Positions 58,535-64,000 of a stretch of DNA of 64,000 nt are shown here, in pieces. The DNA lies in contig CAMAQS010000004.1 of NCBI GenBank assembly GCA_945860565.1, positions 1,594 to 65,593 of the forward strand, read 5' to 3'. This DNA comes from Chitinophaga pinensis (lineage in GTDB: Bacteria > Bacteroidota > Bacteroidia > NS11-12g > UBA955). The notes under the pieces were generated by a model that was not told where the DNA came from, ran no database searches, and saw only the letters and a program-made list of their open reading frames with translations. Both the position numbers and the translations under genes were made by a program. Position 1 is the first letter of the stretch, and each line of letters begins with the position of its first letter.

Positions 58535-61500
58535 ATGGCACCTTTCAAGTTACTTATAGCTTTTGTTTTACTGTTTTTTGTTGCGATACAAACCAAAGCA
58601 AGTACAGATTCATGTATCCGTCTAACGGCTACAATTTCTTCAAATAATGCGAATCAATGTTTGAGTGGCAATTCGTTTGTTCTGACGAATAATTCGTCGG
58701 ATACGAGTTTGTTTACAGTGTCATCGCACCATTGGGATTATGGAGATGGAAATACTTCTACCACTTCTGCGGTATCTCACGGTCATTCCTATGCAACTTC
58801 TGGTACTTTTTCAGTAATTTATACTGTTATTAATTCTGGTGGATGTAAGAAAATAGACACAATTGTAGTAAACGTAATTAAGGTTTCTCCCGTTTTTACA
58901 GTTGGTAAAGACTCTTTATGCATTGGGTTAAGTCAATTTTTATTTACCAATACGTCAACTACTACTTTGGGGACTATCTCAAACTACGAATGGAGGTACG
59001 GAGACGGTATTATTCAGGTTGCTGCCAATAATTCTAGCAAATCACATACGTATGCTGACACTGGATTGTTTGAAGCAGAATTATGGGCAGAAAATTCATT
59101 CGGTTGCCAAGACAGCTTCACCAAGTTTTTATATGTAAAGGCAGTACCCAATGCCCAATTTACAAAAAATTTAAGTACAGCTTGTTTAGATGGCAATAGT
59201 TTTCAATTTACAAATACCAGTAATTCGGGATACCCGGTTTCTAATACAAGTTATTCTTGGAGTTTTGGAGATGGAACAACTTCCGTTTTGGCTACACCAG
59301 CAAATAAAACATATTCTACTTCGGGAAGCAAAACAGTGAGATTGATTGCAACCAATAATTATGGTTGTAAAGACACTGTTAGTCAATCCGTAATAGTAAA
59401 TGGAAATCCAACAGCAAACTTTACCATTAACGATACTGCTCAGTGTTACGACGTTCACCGTTTTAGGTTTACCAATACCAGTGTATCCAATGTTTTAACA
59501 GCAACCATGACGTACACCTGGGATTTTGGAGATACAAGTAATGCCTCGAGCACAAATCCTCAAAAGATATATTCTTATACTGGTCCAAAGTATGTACAAC
59601 TGATAGCCAGAAATGCGGCTGCCTGTTACGATACAGTCATTAAAAGAATTATGGTTGCGCCAGAACCAGTGTCTGCACTTTCGTATTCCGATACAGCACT
59701 TTGTTCCAATAATAATCTATTTGTTTTTGAAGATGAATCTACTGTTGAAAGTGGAGGAGGAAGTATAACGGCAAGTTGGAATTTTGGTGATGCCACTTCA
59801 GCCACTGGAGATTCAGTGAGTCGCAGATATTCAACAAGTGGTTATAAGAATGTTATCTTAACTACCACCACAAGTTACGATTGTGAAGACACCAGTAGCA
59901 TTCGTATACACGTTCTGACCATTCCAAACGCTTCTTATTCAAAATTGAATTCAGACAATTGCTTGAGCTCTACTCATCAATTTAGAGTAAGAGATTTAAA
60001 TGCTTCAACCATTCCTTCTGTAAATTGGACGATCACTGGCGGTATAACAAAAACGGATTCAATATTTACACAAAATTTCGCATCTTCGGGAACAAAAAAT
60101 GTAGTTGTAATTATTCAGAATTCTCGTGGTTGTGCTGACACCACAAGTACAACCGAGGAAATTTATAAAAATCCTACTACATCTATAGACGTCGCCAACG
60201 ACAGCATACAATGTTTAAACGGAAATAGCTTTAGCCTTCAAAGCACTTCAGTTTCAAACGTAGTGAGTTCTAGTTTAACTTATAATTGGTCTTTTGGGGA
60301 TGCAAGTACTTCTAATTTAGAGGATCCATCAAAAAGTTATCTGGCTTACGGAACAAAAAATGTTCAATTGATAGTAACGAATAATCAAAATTGTAAAGAT
60401 ACCGCTACAACAGTTTTAATTGTTCATGCTCAACCAACAGTGAGTTTTACAATTAACGATTCTACTCAATGTCAAAACAACAACGATTTTGATTATACAG
60501 ACAATTCAACCATCCCATCAGGGGAAGGTACTTTGTCTCGTTTATGGAATTTAAATGGGAGCGCAACTTCAGTTTTAAACCCCGTTTCCAATTCATTCTT
60601 AACCACCGGAACAAAAAGCGTAAAATTGGTGATTACATCCAGTTTTGGATGTGCCGATTCATTGCAAAAAGCGATACAAGTTTTGGCAATCCCAAATGGC
60701 GTTTTTGCTAAACTAACACCTGATTCTTGTTTAAATACATTGACTGTATTAAGGGTGAGAGATTTAAACAGTGTGACGCCTAGTAGCGTTAACTGGAGTT
60801 TTTCTGATGCAACAACTAGCACTGATTCAATTGTAAATAAGACATTTACAACTGGGGGTAATAAAACAGGTACGGTTAGAGTAGGGAATGCAGCAGGCTG
60901 TCTAGACACAGTATCTTTTGCGTTTAACTTGTATGCAAATCCAGATGCAAATTTTAGTATTGGTGATTCTACTTTATGTATTAACGCAAATAATTTTAGT
61001 TTTCTAGACGCTTCAGCAGCAAATAACGGCTCAATAGTAAGGCGCATTTGGAATTACGGTGACTCTGATATAGATACATTGGTAGCATCTAGCACAACAC
61101 ATTCATACAATAGCAATGGTACTTATACAGTTTCATTATCTGTGTTGAATTCTTTAGGATGTTCTGACATTACAACTAAATCAGTTTATGTTTATGCACA
61201 ACCACTTGCACGTTTTTCTATAGATGATAGCTTGCAATGTTTGGCCGGCAATGATTTTTCTTTTACTAGTACCAGTAGTTCCAATGCGTCCGTACCGGCA
61301 ATGACTTTTAATTGGACGTTTGGAGATGGTTCTTCTTCTAACAATGTTTCACCAGATAAAACATATTCTGTAACGGGTGCCAAAACGGTTACCTTAATTA
61401 TAGAGAATAGCAATGGTTGTTTGGATACAGTATCAAAAAGTGTAGAAATATACAAACAACCAACTTCCAGTTTTACAGTAAACGATTCAGCACAATGTTA

Positions 61501-64000
61501 CGATGTTCACCGCTTTAAATTTACCAGTACCAGTGCATCCAATATATCGAATGCAAGCTTAACTTATGCATGGGAGTTTGGAGATACAACCACCGCTTCT
61601 AGCAATATTCCTCAGAAAATTTATTCGTTCCCAGGAGCAAAATTCGTTGAATTGATTGTTCGCAATAATAATGGTTGTTACGATACCACCATCGAAAGAA
61701 TAATGGTTGCACCGTATCCGGTAGCTTCTTTTACGATTGATGATGACGAGCAATGTGATAATGACGATGACTTTTTATTCACGAGTACAAGTTCAATAGC
61801 CTCTGGCGGTGGTACCTTGTCGTACAATTGGGATTTTGGAGATTGGGGAACAGGAACTGGTAGTTCAATTCATCACAGTTATAATGGGAATGGTGGCAGG
61901 ACTGTTGGACTTACTGTTACTTCAAGTTATGGTTGTCAACATTACGCTTCCAAGTCAATAAATGTGTTGCAAATGCCAAACGCAATGTATGCGAAGTTGA
62001 CTAGCGATAGTTGTGCGAATTCGATGCACCAGTTTGGTGTTAGAGACTTAAATGCGGCAACTTTTCCTGCTGTATCGTGGACTTTCACAGGTGGAATCAC
62101 TAGAAGCGATTCCATAATTAACGTCCAATTCCCAACAGGAGGTACCAAGAATATTCGTGTTGTAGTTCAAAACTTTAATGGTTGTTACGATACTATTAAT
62201 ACCTCAGAATTAATAGTGAACAATCCAGTTGCAAGTTTGACAAGTACTACTTCGCAAGACTGTTTTATTGACAATCAGTTTTCTATTAATGGAGGTTCTT
62301 CGGATGGTTCAGGAAGAGCGATTACCAAATATTTGTGGAACTTAGGCGATGGTACCATTGACTCATCGGCCAGTAGTTCTTTCGGTGTTCACCAATATGC
62401 GGCAGCCGGAAATTATACTGTTAAACTAATCACTGAAACGAGTGCAGGATGTAAAGATACTGTTATAAAAAACGTATATGCAATACCCAGTCCAACAGCG
62501 TCGTTTGCAGTAAATGACCCTATCCAATGTGCTACTGGAAATTCATTCCATTTTTCGAATAATAGCAATAGTAATTTAGGTGTTAATAATTTAACCTATA
62601 CTTGGTTGCTTGGAGATACCACTTCTACTGCGGCTGCCAGTCCTGTGAAGAGTTATATGTATTTCGGTGAGCGTTATGTTTCGTTAACTGTAACAAATGA
62701 TTCTGGATGTACAGATGAAGCATTAGATACCTTATTTATAGCCCCAATGCCAAATAGTTCATTCACATTTTCTCCAAGAGTACCTGCAGAAACGTGTGAG
62801 AATTATAATCTCTACAATACTGTTAATAATTCTAGTGTTGTTTCTGGAGGCGGAACGCTTAGTTATTTGTGGGAGTTCGACAAATTAAATGTGAGCTCGC
62901 ACAACAGTACTCTCACACAACCAGATTTTAGTTATACAAGCGCAGGGTGGAAAAAAATATTATTAACCACCAGAACTTCATATGGTTGCACAGATACAAT
63001 GTCTTCGACAACATTTGTAAGGCCAAACCCCAATGTTAGTATTTCTAAGTTAAATACAGATTCTTGTATTTCCAATGCGCTTCGTTTAACCGTAGATGAT
63101 TTAAATGGTGATTCTATAATAAGGGTTAAATGGGATTTTCATGATGGCGACACAGCCAATACGAGAATAACCAATAAATTGTATGCTTCTACTGGTGCTA
63201 AAAGTATCAGTGCTGTGGTAACGAATAATTACAATTGTTTTGATATTGGATGGTTTTCAACTACCCTTTACAGTAGCCCTAAGGCCAAGTTTAATTTGGC
63301 ACAAAATACAGCGTGTTTAAATGGCAATGAATTTGAGTTAGATGACAGTTCGACCTCAACTTTTGGCACAATAAATTCCTATAGTTGGTCTTTGGGAGAT
63401 GGGGCTACAAGATCTAAAGTTTTAAGTGATACTGTTTTGCATTCCTACACCTATTCCGATACATTTAATGCGAAGTTGATTGTAGGGACAAATAAAGGTT
63501 GTTACGACAGTGTTACACGTCAAATTTTTGTTCACCCAAACCCAATAGCGAACATCAGCATCGCAGACAGCGTTCAGTGTTTTGCGGACAACCAGTTCAA
63601 CATCCAAACCAGCAGCGTGTCGAATACAAGCAATGCGAGTTTGAGTTATAGCTGGAACTTGGGAGATACAACGACATCCACCCAAGAAGACCCAACTAAG
63701 AGTTATGCGGTTTATGGAGACAGAGACATTGTATTGACGGTAGAGAACATTCATGGATGTCAGGATACGGCTTATTCAAACATCGTGGTTCATGCAATGC
63801 CGGTGGCAGATTACAGCATCAATGATGCAGAGCAATGCTTCAGCGACAACAGCTTCCAATACAAAGACTTGTCAACGATAGTATCAGGACAAGGCACATT
63901 GAGTAGAAGTTGGACTTTGGGGGATGGCAGTTCATCCACCCTAACAAACGTTAGTAAGTCTTACAGCAATTTTGATACGTTAAGTGTAAAAATGGTGAGC
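58535..64000 (+). CDS. giant secreted protein made of PKD-like repeat modules (5-prime partial; continues beyond the window)
   Basis: My own translation stays open from ATG 58472/58535 to the window end. It is absent from the ORF track, presumably because it has no stop. It has a signal peptide (MAPFKLLIAFVLLFFVAIQTKA) and then about 21 modules of about 86 aa. Most modules carry the W.FGDG..S....H.Y...G.Y.V.L PKD signature and two conserved Cys. Confidence 0.85.
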   Translation, partial: MAPFKLLIAFVLLFFVAIQTKASTDSCIRLTATISSNNANQCLSGNSFVLTNNSSDTSLFTVSSHHWDYGDGNTSTTSAVSHGHSYATSGTFSVIYTVINSGGCKKIDTIVVNVIKVSPVFTVGKDSLCIGLSQFLFTNTSTTTLGTISNYEWRYGDGIIQVAANNSSKSHTYADTGLFEAELWAENSFGCQDSFTKFLYVKAVPNAQFTKNLSTACLDGNSFQFTNTSNSGYPVSNTSYSWSFGDGTTSVLATPANKTYSTSGSKTVRLIATNNYGCKDTVSQSVIVNGNPTANFTINDTAQCYDVHRFRFTNTSVSNVLTATMTYTWDFGDTSNASSTNPQKIYSYTGPKYVQLIARNAAACYDTVIKRIMVAPEPVSALSYSDTALCSNNNLFVFEDESTVESGGGSITASWNFGDATSATGDSVSRRYSTSGYKNVILTTTTSYDCEDTSSIRIHVLTIPNASYSKLNSDNCLSSTHQFRVRDLNASTIPSVNWTITGGITKTDSIFTQNFASSGTKNVVVIIQNSRGCADTTSTTEEIYKNPTTSIDVANDSIQCLNGNSFSLQSTSVSNVVSSSLTYNWSFGDASTSNLEDPSKSYLAYGTKNVQLIVTNNQNCKDTATTVLIVHAQPTVSFTINDSTQCQNNNDFDYTDNSTIPSGEGTLSRLWNLNGSATSVLNPVSNSFLTTGTKSVKLVITSSFGCADSLQKAIQVLAIPNGVFAKLTPDSCLNTLTVLRVRDLNSVTPSSVNWSFSDATTSTDSIVNKTFTTGGNKTGTVRVGNAAGCLDTVSFAFNLYANPDANFSIGDSTLCINANNFSFLDASAANNGSIVRRIWNYGDSDIDTLVASSTTHSYNSNGTYTVSLSVLNSLGCSDITTKSVYVYAQPLARFSIDDSLQCLAGNDFSFTSTSSSNASVPAMTFNWTFGDGSSSNNVSPDKTYSVTGAKTVTLIIENSNGCLDTVSKSVEIYKQPTSSFTVNDSAQCYDVHRFKFTSTSASNISNASLTYAWEFGDTTTASSNIPQKIYSFPGAKFVELIVRNNNGCYDTTIERIMVAPYPVASFTIDDDEQCDNDDDFLFTSTSSIASGGGTLSYNWDFGDWGTGTGSSIHHSYNGNGGRTVGLTVTSSYGCQHYASKSINVLQMPNAMYAKLTSDSCANSMHQFGVRDLNAATFPAVSWTFTGGITRSDSIINVQFPTGGTKNIRVVVQNFNGCYDTINTSELIVNNPVASLTSTTSQDCFIDNQFSINGGSSDGSGRAITKYLWNLGDGTIDSSASSSFGVHQYAAAGNYTVKLITETSAGCKDTVIKNVYAIPSPTASFAVNDPIQCATGNSFHFSNNSNSNLGVNNLTYTWLLGDTTSTAAASPVKSYMYFGERYVSLTVTNDSGCTDEALDTLFIAPMPNSSFTFSPRVPAETCENYNLYNTVNNSSVVSGGGTLSYLWEFDKLNVSSHNSTLTQPDFSYTSAGWKKILLTTRTSYGCTDTMSSTTFVRPNPNVSISKLNTDSCISNALRLTVDDLNGDSIIRVKWDFHDGDTANTRITNKLYASTGAKSISAVVTNNYNCFDIGWFSTTLYSSPKAKFNLAQNTACLNGNEFELDDSSTSTFGTINSYSWSLGDGATRSKVLSDTVLHSYTYSDTFNAKLIVGTNKGCYDSVTRQIFVHPNPIANISIADSVQCFADNQFNIQTSSVSNTSNASLSYSWNLGDTTTSTQEDPTKSYAVYGDRDIVLTVENIHGCQDTAYSNIVVHAMPVADYSINDAEQCFSDNSFQYKDLSTIVSGQGTLSRSWTLGDGSSSTLTNVSKSYSNFDTLSVKMVS

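Noticed and set aside
58396-63754. Nine minus-strand ORFs of 60-184 aa listed in the track (e.g. 60493-61047, 63422-63754)
   Set aside because: All lie antisense to or overlap the long plus-strand PKD-repeat frame. The Thr/Ser/Asn-rich repetitive codon usage leaves the opposite strand stop-poor. Their translations have no recognisable motifs.

Overview
This is a chromosomal segment from a low-GC member of the Bacteroidota. The phylum call rests on PorX, PorP/SprF, a T9SS C-terminal sorting domain, and LpxB/KdsA/OmpA/AsmA envelope genes. I support about 55 protein genes, one tRNA-Asp(GTC), one decayed methyltransferase pseudogene, several hairpin terminators and several repeat loci. I saw no rRNA, CRISPR array, transposase or integrase. 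Positions 0-7.5 kb hold an aa3/caa3-type cytochrome c oxidase cluster: subunit I, heme A synthase, heme O synthase, two subunit III-like genes, subunit IV, SCO1, DUF420 and DUF983. Positions 7.6-39.3 kb are mostly housekeeping genes (recA, radC, gcvP, tsaE, porX, xth, purM-like, lpxB, surE, anmK, pepT, kdsA and others). Positions 39.4-64 kb are envelope/accessory-like. They contain a TPR/TolB-like OmpA protein with an unusual C-terminal extension, a cargo-less T9SS CTD mini-ORF behind an M1 peptidase, and four tandem lipocalin-like lipoprotein paralogs. They also contain an OM beta-barrel gene, a DUF3078 gene carrying 99-bp tandem repeats and a G8 tract, a PorP/SprF gene, and a giant PKD-like repeat ORF. 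That ORF runs off the window end, which is presumably why the ORF track does not list it. The most unusual sequence-level signal is a strong over-representation of T-tract+GGGGGAT(G), in coding DNA (any frame, either sense) and in intergenic DNA. I cannot identify a clear new multi-gene system such as a defence system. The best candidates for follow-up are the 51.9-64 kb surface/T9SS region, the CTD-only ORF and the oligomer motif. All protein calls come from reading the translations by eye; no searches were run.
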